A stretch of 40,815 bases of DNA from a virus, in the UHGV virus genome UHGV-0360510; one strand, 5' to 3'. A model generated the notes under the pieces. That model was given only the letters and a program-made list of their open reading frames with translations. It did not search any database and was not told the origin of the DNA. This document shows, piece after piece, positions 22,885 to 31,403 of this stretch. The translations under genes and the position numbers were made by a program. Each line of letters starts with the position of its first letter. Positions within the stretch are counted from its first letter, which is position 1.

Positions 22885-25676
22885 GCTTGCCCTTCCACCA
22901 CCATTCTCACACCAACGCGTTGTTTCTCCTGATTATTAAATTTATAAACCAACTGTCCAAACTTTGTCCCATCTATAATCAAGTCTGCCCGCAGTGTATT
23001 ATTTCCACCGACTCCACCCATTTCCTCGATTGCTTCTTTAAAAGCCTGTTTCATGGCAGGGATCGGACTGACAATCTCTGTATCACGGTTATTATCTCCC
23101 AATATAGCCGCAAATTCTCCCGCACGCGGAGGTACTACCGTGCCTGTAGCCAAACGGGGGATTCCGTGTAGTGACAGTTCATAAGCTGATACAGGATAGC
23201 CGTTTCTGCCTCTGGACCCACTATTGGAATATCCAGACGACGCGGCACGCTTACCTGCATTGATAGCTATTACAGCGGCAGCAACTCCAGCTGCGATAGA
23301 GGCTGCCATCACGGCTGCTCCAGCTGGGCCAGATAACGCTCCCAGAGCAACTGCCAGAATTCCCGCGGCGGATGCCAGCGCCAGTACACCGGTAATAACT
23401 TTCTCTGTTGGAGTCATAGAGTCCCAATTCAGAGCCAATACAGAAATTAAAGAAATAATACTGGATATAGCAAGTGTCAAAGGGCTTATACTTGATACAG
23501 TCCGAGATAACATAACGATCACCTGTTCGCCAATTGTTATGAAACCGCCCAGTCCACTTATGAGTTTAGCTATCCCTGTAACAAATTCCGTGATTTTCCA
23601 TGCCGCAAAAAACGCCAACACCGCCAACGTTATATTGGCTACCAAGGTCTGATTCTGTGAAATCCAATCAGAGAATCTTGTAAGCCATTCTACCAGTTTT
23701 TCAAGGGCTGCTATGATAAGCTGCCCCGTCCACTGTCCCAGCGGCTGCAGGAATTCATCCCATAACCATAATGCCAATGGTTTCAGCGCATTCAAAATTG
23801 AGGACAGTACCTTTAAAGCTGCCGATATCAAATCAAAAGCGGCGGGCACGGCATTCTCCAATCCCCACTTTGCCAGCGGGAGAAGCACGTCACTGAGAAA
23901 CCACAAAAGCAACTCACCTATTGCATTCACTATGGGGCGCATATTCACTAATACCCCATCAAAGGACACAAGGAGCGGAGAAAAATCAAGGGTCGCCGAC
24001 CATGTTCTAATTTCCCCTGTTGCATCACGAAAAAATCCAGTTACCTCCAGCAAAAGATCGCCCAGATGGCGCATGATAAGCAGGCCTGTATTCCCACTTG
24101 TCCATGCCTCATCAAATCCCTGTGCCAAGTTCCCAACTGTATATAAGAGATTGGAAATAGAAATCAGAACGTCATCCGTTACAGCCTTCCCGTAGCCCTC
24201 TTTTTCCCACACAGTCATAAATGTACTGCCTACATCGCTGCCCAACTTTTTTAGCTGGTTAAGGGCAAATTCTGCTGCGTCCATAACTGCAGATCCGTTT
24301 TCATCCCAGGACTGCTGCATAGGGTCAAAAAGCCCGGAAAGGATTTCCTTTACCCTATCCGCAAATTTTACGATATCCGTTTCAATCTCTACAGTTTCAA
24401 ACATCTGATCCGGTGTTGGAGGTTTGTATGTTTCTGCTGACTGAGCATCACTTCCCTGTGCCTGTATCAGATCATCAAATGCAAATGTCAGTTTTTTAGT
24501 TGCCTTTTCCTTCTCTTTTAATTCATCATTGGATTCTTTTAAAGAGGCTGCATAATCTTCCTCCACATCCACAGCCTTTACAAAGGTACTTTTTCCTGTC
24601 AGGGCAGCGATAAACTGCCCTGCATAGGTCGCCCCCATAGATAACAGATCAATAATCTGCTTTAATGCGGGGGCTGCCACCTGTAATGCCGGCGCAAATG
24701 CCGTTGCAAAGCTGTTTTTAAGCCTCGTATTAGCTGACATAAGCAGGGATGCGCTTTTATTGGTCTCGTCTGAGTACCGGGCCAGATTCTGGAAACCTTC
24801 TTTTATCTGATTCTCGATCATGCTTATAGAACGAAAAACCAGTGAAAAAATAATGGAACGCCCCAGGGTATTTAATCCTTTCCCAGTGCTTTTTGCGGAC
24901 TTCCCCGCTTTATTTAGGGAATTTCTCATTTGATTTGCGGATTTGTCGACCCGTTTCTGCCCCTGATCTGCGTTCAAAAGAGAACTTTTATATTTCTCTG
25001 CCGCTTTTTTAGCCAACATCAGTCCCCTGTATGCCTTATCATACTCTGCATCTCCCAGACCAAGCCCTTTTCGCTCTGCATAATACAGTTTTTCTTGATA
25101 GTGGTCTAACTCATCCTGCAGTGTACGGAACTTAAAATCTGTACTGCCAATAGATTCTCCAACGCGGTTAAAAAGCGCAGAAATATTTCCGGGAAAATGT
25201 TTGAAAGCATTAACCGCCAAAAACACAGTATCCTTAAAACTGGACACACTTTTTTCTTCCTTCTGTGTTTCGGCAGTGACCGCAGTTGATGCCTGCCGCG
25301 CTGCCTCTTCCAGTTCCTTATTTTTAGCAATCATAACATCTACATCATTTCCATAGATATCATACCGTTTTCCATTGTCTGGTGTTGCCAATACAGACGC
25401 ATTGTTGTTCGTGATGGTTCCTGAAAATACTGACGCTTTCTCTTTCCTGAGCCGCTCCATCTCGTCTGCTGCCTTTTTGGCAGCTTCTGCCATGCCGTCT
25501 ACTTTACGGGAGGTTGCAGACACTGCAGTCCCTGAATCTGAAAACGTTTTGTCCAATTTTGCAGATAAACTGTCTACCAACGTAGAAAGCCTATCTACCG
25601 CCTTTTCCAGACTGGAAGTTTCAAAACCAGAGGTATCAATCTTCGTGTCAAATATTAAGCTGCCATCTGATGCCAT
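22881..25676 (-). CDS. Tail tape measure protein
   Basis: 931 aa. Extended helical/coiled regions, a Gly/Ala-rich membrane-like segment (ILAVALGALSGPAGAAVMAASIAAGVAAAVIAI). Position after the tail chaperones. Confidence 0.85.
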   Translation of the reverse strand: MASDGSLIFDTKIDTSGFETSSLEKAVDRLSTLVDSLSAKLDKTFSDSGTAVSATSRKVDGMAEAAKKAADEMERLRKEKASVFSGTITNNNASVLATPDNGKRYDIYGNDVDVMIAKNKELEEAARQASTAVTAETQKEEKSVSSFKDTVFLAVNAFKHFPGNISALFNRVGESIGSTDFKFRTLQDELDHYQEKLYYAERKGLGLGDAEYDKAYRGLMLAKKAAEKYKSSLLNADQGQKRVDKSANQMRNSLNKAGKSAKSTGKGLNTLGRSIIFSLVFRSISMIENQIKEGFQNLARYSDETNKSASLLMSANTRLKNSFATAFAPALQVAAPALKQIIDLLSMGATYAGQFIAALTGKSTFVKAVDVEEDYAASLKESNDELKEKEKATKKLTFAFDDLIQAQGSDAQSAETYKPPTPDQMFETVEIETDIVKFADRVKEILSGLFDPMQQSWDENGSAVMDAAEFALNQLKKLGSDVGSTFMTVWEKEGYGKAVTDDVLISISNLLYTVGNLAQGFDEAWTSGNTGLLIMRHLGDLLLEVTGFFRDATGEIRTWSATLDFSPLLVSFDGVLVNMRPIVNAIGELLLWFLSDVLLPLAKWGLENAVPAAFDLISAALKVLSSILNALKPLALWLWDEFLQPLGQWTGQLIIAALEKLVEWLTRFSDWISQNQTLVANITLAVLAFFAAWKITEFVTGIAKLISGLGGFITIGEQVIVMLSRTVSSISPLTLAISSIISLISVLALNWDSMTPTEKVITGVLALASAAGILAVALGALSGPAGAAVMAASIAAGVAAAVIAINAGKRAASSGYSNSGSRGRNGYPVSAYELSLHGIPRLATGTVVPPRAGEFAAILGDNNRDTEIVSPIPAMKQAFKEAIEEMGGVGGNNTLRADLIIDGTKFGQLVYKFNNQEKQRVGVRMVVEGQA

Positions 25677-25722
25677 GCTCTCACCTCATTTCCGGGTATA
25701 AAAATAAGACGCCTTTCGACGC

Positions 25723-26283
25723 CTACCCCAATAGCCTATTCCAATAGTCAATTTCTGCCTGTTCTTCTTTTGTGTGTTTACGTTTCAAATCACACTGTCT
25801 TTTATTATTCCGGTAAAATTCCTGCTCCCATTTTTCCAGTTTCTTTCCCTTTGCTCTTTTCTGGCGAATGCCAAGAACCGTAGAAAACGTTCCTTCTTCT
25901 ATTTCCATAAAATATCCCATAAATGTCCACCAATGGACGTATTCTTTCCCCCTTACCTCACATCCGGCAACTTTGTTTACTGCCGGAAATATGATCGCCT
26001 CATCTTGCTCCCAATCCATTACTTTTACCGGACTTTTTTTATCCTCTTCCTGCTGTCCACAGTCCAGAAACCACAGCGCCTGCTTGATAGCTTCTGGAAA
26101 AGCGTCTGGGGGGATACAGTTTAAGTCCCCATACAGTATGGTCAGCATCACTTCATACTGTTCATCCAAATATAATTCTGGATCATTAAACGCCTGCATG
26201 ATAACGAGGATATCACGGAAATCGGTTCTGATATCAAGAACACTGCCTGACACAGTTAAGGACGTCGGCAGCCTGCCTATCAT
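25723..26283 (-). CDS. Tail assembly chaperone (T-like second ORF)
   Basis: Position between major tail and TMP; 4-nt overlap with the upstream chaperone ORF. Confidence 0.5.
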   Translation of the reverse strand: MIGRLPTSLTVSGSVLDIRTDFRDILVIMQAFNDPELYLDEQYEVMLTILYGDLNCIPPDAFPEAIKQALWFLDCGQQEEDKKSPVKVMDWEQDEAIIFPAVNKVAGCEVRGKEYVHWWTFMGYFMEIEEGTFSTVLGIRQKRAKGKKLEKWEQEFYRNNKRQCDLKRKHTKEEQAEIDYWNRLLG

Positions 26284-26726
26284 TTTGAATATCCTCCAGT
26301 ATATTTTTTCACACGCGCCTGACTGGCGGCATTAAATTCAGCAATCTCGTTTTTGATAATCGACATCATGGAGAGCATAAAGGCTTCAAAAAGGAACATC
26401 TTTTCCTTCCCCACAGTACATAAAGGGGACTGTCCAGCAAACACAGTGTCATAAACGTCTGCATTAAATATATAGTTCAGTTCCTTCCGCATCATGGAAT
26501 TAAATGATCGTAAAGCGTCTGACGATTCTTCTGATCCATCTACAGGCGTTCCGTCTGGATTTAATGGGATTCTTTTAATTTGCTCCTGATATTCTGCTAT
26601 ATGTTTCTGCGCCTCTTCTGATCGGATGAGCAAGTTCAGATCTCCTGGATTGATACGAATCACCCTTGCCTCGTCCCCATTGATAGAAAATGTTTTTATT
26701 CCCTCATCAAAATTGATACTTTGCAT
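26280..26726 (-). CDS. Tail assembly chaperone (G-like)
   Basis: Position immediately after the major tail protein gene. Confidence 0.5.
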   Translation of the reverse strand: MQSINFDEGIKTFSINGDEARVIRINPGDLNLLIRSEEAQKHIAEYQEQIKRIPLNPDGTPVDGSEESSDALRSFNSMMRKELNYIFNADVYDTVFAGQSPLCTVGKEKMFLFEAFMLSMMSIIKNEIAEFNAASQARVKKYTGGYSK

Positions 26727-26743
26727 CCTTTACCTTCTCCCCT

Positions 26744-27262
26744 TCATTCCTTTCCATCCTCTGTAAACGTCTTAGTTGCTAATGCAAACAGTCCCTTGAC
26801 CCGATTCCCGGTATGATGTACATTAAATGGAATCTGGTATCCGGTTGTATCACCTCCATAGCTGGAAACCTCAATAATAGCATCTTCCTTATACGCAACA
26901 TAAGAACCTGTCTTTGTCTCATGCTCTTCCCAAAGATGCACCTCTACTACAGAGGTTTTCAGATCATCCAGCGTCTGACGCTCGTCAATAATGGTCTGCA
27001 AACGCCCAAACAAAGGATCCCCAATCTCTGCATAATACGGCTCGGCGGATGCCTGGGGCTGATAGCTATCCAGATTTACGGATGTTTCCCCCCAGATATT
27101 ACTTTTGGTGTCTACATTGGCATTCATTTCCACGTTAAACTCTTCCAGGTCCTTGCCTAAGCGGACATATTTCGCTGTACCCCCGGAAGCTGCCGGCGCT
27201 GCCGCATCAATATAGTGTGCCATGAATTTACGCTTGATTTTCCCTGTTACTGTTCCTGGCAT
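26744..27262 (-). CDS. Major tail protein (phi13/TP901-1-like)
   Basis: 172 aa. Position between neck genes and chaperones; siphovirus MTP-like composition. Confidence 0.65.
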   Translation of the reverse strand: MPGTVTGKIKRKFMAHYIDAAAPAASGGTAKYVRLGKDLEEFNVEMNANVDTKSNIWGETSVNLDSYQPQASAEPYYAEIGDPLFGRLQTIIDERQTLDDLKTSVVEVHLWEEHETKTGSYVAYKEDAIIEVSSYGGDTTGYQIPFNVHHTGNRVKGLFALATKTFTEDGKE

Positions 27263-27718
27263 TTAAAATTCCTCGCTTTCTATTTTGTACTGGGCGTAGA
27301 TCTGTAACTGATACATTACGCCGCTGTCAATGGTGTCTCCCATCAGCCCCATGCTCATTGCATTGGCTGTAGTTGCCTTCAAAAAAGTTCCTTTTAACTC
27401 CTGATCTCCAGCCTGAAATGTCAACCCATCCCCGGAAGGCAACCGCTCCAGCCAGATCGACAGCTCCAGAAGGAAGTTGCTGTTCGCCAGCCGGTTATAA
27501 TCCGTAAAAGACTGACCGACCGCATACATAACAAAATTATGCTGCCGGATCTGGTTCCCCAGCACATCCTCTTTTACCAGGCTGTCCCCGTTGCTGGACA
27601 ACCCATAGTTAACCGGCTCCGGCTCCGTAAAATCAATATGGATCTCATCCCCGGCCAGAAACTCAGATATCTTTGGGTACTCCGTCAATGTCTGGCGCAT
27701 ATAATCTATGATTGTCAT
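27263..27718 (-). CDS. Tail completion / tail terminator-like protein
   Basis: Position in the neck module. Confidence 0.5.
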   Translation of the reverse strand: MTIIDYMRQTLTEYPKISEFLAGDEIHIDFTEPEPVNYGLSSNGDSLVKEDVLGNQIRQHNFVMYAVGQSFTDYNRLANSNFLLELSIWLERLPSGDGLTFQAGDQELKGTFLKATTANAMSMGLMGDTIDSGVMYQLQIYAQYKIESEEF

Positions 27719-28206
27719 TAGTTTCCCCTCCTGTCTGCCAGAGCCTGTGCCGCCCGGAGGATATCATCCTTGTGGTCTGCTTTCATCCGCTCAAACCACT
27801 TCTTCCCCCTCATAGGGGCCCCGGCGTAGGTCAGTTCTTTACCTGTAGGCACTTTAATCTCATTCTTTTTTGCCCAGGCGCTGCCTGTACTGGGAGACAC
27901 ATACAGAACGCCCTCATAGAGGTAATGGGCATATGGCCCAGGGATATCAATCTGCCCGGATCCGATCACTGTTGCCATAACCATCATGTGTTCCAGCTCT
28001 CCCGCCTGCCTGCGGGGCATATATGGGGCCATGTACCTCATGCACTCGCTGTCTACCAGCTTTTGCACTGGCCCTCCTTCCTGTAACCCACGGGCTCCCA
28101 GAAGATCCTTCGGAGGCTTCATTTCAAATTTAATTTCCATATCTGCCTCCTTACTTGCAGGACAGTTCATAATGCCATACGGATTCGCTGCCATACAGCC
28201 TTTCAT
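27718..28206 (-). CDS. HK97 gp10-like neck protein
   Basis: Position and size in the neck module. Confidence 0.5.
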   Translation of the reverse strand: MKGCMAANPYGIMNCPASKEADMEIKFEMKPPKDLLGARGLQEGGPVQKLVDSECMRYMAPYMPRRQAGELEHMMVMATVIGSGQIDIPGPYAHYLYEGVLYVSPSTGSAWAKKNEIKVPTGKELTYAGAPMRGKKWFERMKADHKDDILRAAQALADRRGN

Positions 28207-28567
28207 CCACAGTAGTAACCGTCACATAGTTATAAGCAGCCTTTAAGGCTGCCAATGATTTCGACAAGGTCTCTTGGCTGTCGCAGTCAATCTCATCCAA
28301 GACAACACCTTTAACAGCCAGATCCTTGCCTCTGGTAAATCGCAGAGAGCTGTCCAGATTCTCATAGGGGATTACCAACAGGACAGAGGCTGCATCCCTC
28401 TGCCCTGTCTTAAGAAATGTGGACTGCTGCACATCCTCCCAATACACTCCCTCAATGGGAACACGGGTATAATGCACATCCTTGCCCTCTTTGCTGTACA
28501 GATACAGCGTTACGTCTGCGTTGGTATACATATCACACCCCCTGATAACACAGGCCGGTATTTCCAA
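28151..28567 (-). CDS. Head-tail adaptor / head closure protein
   Basis: Position in the neck module. Confidence 0.5.
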   Translation of the reverse strand: MEIPACVIRGCDMYTNADVTLYLYSKEGKDVHYTRVPIEGVYWEDVQQSTFLKTGQRDAASVLLVIPYENLDSSLRFTRGKDLAVKGVVLDEIDCDSQETLSKSLAALKAAYNYVTVTTVDERLYGSESVWHYELSCK

Positions 28568-28910
28568 GCCATTTCATCACGATGGCCCTCTGTTCTCTGG
28601 TAAACGCAGAATTGCTTTCTCCAGTAGTTCCGAAGCTGACAGAATAAGTTCCTATCTTCTCTGACGTTTTCCCTCCAGCATCTTTCCTCTGCTTTTCCCT
28701 GGCATACTCTGTTTCTGCCAGTTCGCAGCAGCACAGACGCGCTGCCTCTGGAATCTTGGCCGCATTCTCCAGACGGCCGAACGTATAGTGGTCAATGATC
28801 TGGCTGGCCTGACGGGCATAAAAGTCAAAACCGGCGCTGATGGCCGGCTTACGCCCCAGCAGGTATCGGTCCGTATAAAATCCTTCATCTGCATAACTCA
28901 TCAGCACCAT
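28533..28910 (-). CDS. Head-tail connector (gp6-like)
   Basis: Directly downstream of the major capsid gene, ~125 aa. Confidence 0.55.
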   Translation of the reverse strand: MVLMSYADEGFYTDRYLLGRKPAISAGFDFYARQASQIIDHYTFGRLENAAKIPEAARLCCCELAETEYAREKQRKDAGGKTSEKIGTYSVSFGTTGESNSAFTREQRAIVMKWLGNTGLCYQGV

Positions 28911-28919
28911 GGCTCCTTT

Positions 28920-30113
28920 CTACGCATTGGGGATCAGAGTGATCGCCTTAGGTACCGCAGCCTTGTCTACAGTTACGGTCTCCGTGATCGTACCATACCC
29001 ATTCTTTTTGATCTTTGCCGGATAAGTACCTGGACGCAAATAGAACTCTACCACGCCGGCGGCGTTGGTTTTCAGTCGGGAACCATTCACATCCACAATA
29101 GCGCCTTCAACGGCCTTAGGCTCGCTGTTGTTATCCTTGACTGTAAAAGTAACCTTCTGGGTGGTTACTGCAGTTGCAGGCTCCAGATATGCAAACGGGC
29201 AGCCCACGCGGTCCTCATCCATACGGGTTGCAGGGTTCGGCAGCGCCCAGCCCATACGGAACACGATTCGCAGCGCTACCATGTCCTGCTGGGCCAGGTT
29301 GTAGACGATCTCCTTTGTAGCAGGATCCTGAATAATACCCTGATCCAGAATCTTTACAGTGATATCCTGACGGATTGCATATACAGCCTGCTTAAAGTCG
29401 CCAATGATCAGCTGCGCAATCGTATTGTCAAATGCCCCGTTCTGAGGGAAGTACATCGGCGCACCATCCAGTGCATAGTTTGTAGAGCCCTGCATATCGG
29501 ATTTAAAGATAGGGGTTCCGTCAGTAGATTTAACCCCTCTCAGTTTTGCCCTCATTCCCATAGAAGCCAGAGCACCTGTGGACATATAACCATCTTCCTC
29601 TACCTTGGAAATCACGCCGCCTTCTCCAAGAATCAGGTCATAATAATCAGGACTTCCTCCAGGTGCTACGTTATTGCCCGCCTGACGGGCCAGTGTAACG
29701 ATATCGTTCTGCCATTCTGCCGGACGGTTCACACCGAAGATAGCGGCACTGTCTACTCTCTGGCCGATTGCCTCATTCACTCTTGGAGTGATTTCTCCAA
29801 AAATGTCAAACTCTGCGTCGTCCAGGACTGCCTCCGGAATCGGAACGATGACTGCCAGTTCTGCCGCATTGATATACACGTTATCCCATGCCTGCTTGCT
29901 GGTCTGCTTCATACCAGTGTCACCGTTTACCCAGTAAGCAGTCGGCAGGAAATCCAGTACACGGATACGGGTCTGATTGCTTGTCATGTTCGGCAGCTTG
30001 CGTGCCAAAGACATGAATACAGACTGTTTGGGCGCATCCTGAAAAATAGTGGATACCACCTGTTCACGGATAATGGCCTCTGCATCGGCCCTGCTTGTAA
30101 TATGTACTGCCAT
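28920..30113 (-). CDS. HK97-fold major capsid protein with a C-terminal Ig-like / carboxypeptidase-regulatory-like domain
   Basis: HK97 MCP-like N-terminal ~300 aa. The C-terminal ~90 aa (VTFTVKDNNSEPKAVEGAIVDVNGSRLKTNAAGVVEFYLRPGTYPAKIKKNGYG) is a beta-sandwich decoration domain. Follows the scaffold gene. Confidence 0.8.
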   Translation of the reverse strand: MAVHITSRADAEAIIREQVVSTIFQDAPKQSVFMSLARKLPNMTSNQTRIRVLDFLPTAYWVNGDTGMKQTSKQAWDNVYINAAELAVIVPIPEAVLDDAEFDIFGEITPRVNEAIGQRVDSAAIFGVNRPAEWQNDIVTLARQAGNNVAPGGSPDYYDLILGEGGVISKVEEDGYMSTGALASMGMRAKLRGVKSTDGTPIFKSDMQGSTNYALDGAPMYFPQNGAFDNTIAQLIIGDFKQAVYAIRQDITVKILDQGIIQDPATKEIVYNLAQQDMVALRIVFRMGWALPNPATRMDEDRVGCPFAYLEPATAVTTQKVTFTVKDNNSEPKAVEGAIVDVNGSRLKTNAAGVVEFYLRPGTYPAKIKKNGYGTITETVTVDKAAVPKAITLIPNA

Positions 30114-30125
30114 ATTGTTTCCTCC

Positions 30126-30659
30126 TTATTCTCTTCCTAAAATGTTTCTTAATGCTGCATTCGCTCTGGCTTTTGTGTCCTCTGCTGCCGCACCGCCCGG
30201 ACCAGGCGTAGTGGAAACCACCCTGGGGATATTGATATCCTGAAACAGATAAGCATTATCCTTCTTTACAACATCCAGAGCTGCCTTAATATCTGCCTCC
30301 TGGTTCTTGCTGGCCTTCAGCTTTTCGACATCCAGGAACGGCATGACAGCCTTCAGATCACGCGGCTTAAAGCCCTCTGCTGTTGTCTTCAGAAGGTCAT
30401 TGAAATCCCTGTCTGCAATCTGTTTCTGGTACTCAGTTTCTTTTACCGCCAGATCAGAAGTCAGCTGGGTAATCTTTCCCTGAAGTTCCTGCACATTTAC
30501 GCCCTCAAAACTTTTAAGTGTAGCCTGAGCTGCTGCAAGCTGCGCCTTATAATTGTCGCGGTCCTGCTTAACTCCATTCAGCTCTCTGCCATACTCGGCC
30601 ATAACATAATCGATCTGCTCCTGTGTCAGACCTTTTGCCTGTAAATCTTCTGTTTTCAT
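30126..30659 (-). CDS. Scaffolding protein
   Basis: Helical/charged 177-aa protein immediately upstream of the MCP (GP20-like). Confidence 0.65.
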   Translation of the reverse strand: MKTEDLQAKGLTQEQIDYVMAEYGRELNGVKQDRDNYKAQLAAAQATLKSFEGVNVQELQGKITQLTSDLAVKETEYQKQIADRDFNDLLKTTAEGFKPRDLKAVMPFLDVEKLKASKNQEADIKAALDVVKKDNAYLFQDINIPRVVSTTPGPGGAAAEDTKARANAALRNILGRE

Positions 30660-30959
30660 TTCATATTTCCTTTCTTTCCATGATTCGCCGTTAGGTTATT
30701 TATAGGTGTGTAACCATCCACCAAACGAATGACTGTTTTAGGTCTCATCATCTGACCGGAAAAAGGCATAAAAATAACACCCAGGCCCCGCCTGCGTGCT
30801 TATGACTAATTCTATAACTTGCTATGACTTATTCGATTTTCCCACACCTCACGCACCGCCGCACATACCCGCCAGCCTCCCGGCTCCAATGCTTACGGTA
30901 CCTGTGCCTGCATCTGCGCTGTCTCCACCATGTAATCAGTCCCATGAGCTCACCTCCCA

Positions 30960-31403
30960 TCACTCAACCAGTTTCCAGCCTGCCGGGTACGCATCCGGCC
31001 CCCATACGCAGCCGTCCATCTGGCAGATATACCGCTTGCCGTCCGTGTAAGTCATCTTATCGCCGGTGTTATAAGCGTCATGTGCCCCGGTGGGCTGTAC
31101 CCATGCGGGGTACTCCTCCGTCTCTGGCGGGGTGACGCTGCCGCCTTCCAGCTTGGCGATCCGGCCCGTCAGGCTGAGGATTGTCTTTCCCATCTCAGTC
31201 ATGTTCGTGTACAGGGTGTCGATCTGTTTCTGCAATGGGGCATAACTGTTTTCCGGGTCGGCGCGGGTACGGGCCAGATCAACCAGCTCCGTGCGCTCCT
31301 CATCCGTGAGGGCGCCTTGGAGCCAGATGGTATCGATCTTTTTCAGAATATCCGTCAGTTCATAGCTGCCCGACTGGATTACGTTTCTTATAATCTCATG
31401 CAT
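30960..31403 (-). CDS. Hypothetical head-module protein (147 aa)
   Basis: Operon context only. Confidence 0.45.
   Translation of the reverse strand: MHEIIRNVIQSGSYELTDILKKIDTIWLQGALTDEERTELVDLARTRADPENSYAPLQKQIDTLYTNMTEMGKTILSLTGRIAKLEGGSVTPPETEEYPAWVQPTGAHDAYNTGDKMTYTDGKRYICQMDGCVWGPDAYPAGWKLVE

Noticed and set aside
22887-24195. Several 90-160-aa plus-strand ORFs within the tape-measure region
   Set aside because: Antisense to the TMP gene; no RBS; low-complexity products.
28788-30140. 450-aa plus-strand ORF, Cys/Arg-rich
   Set aside because: Entirely antisense to the HK97-type major capsid gene. Composition-driven open frame with no SD context.
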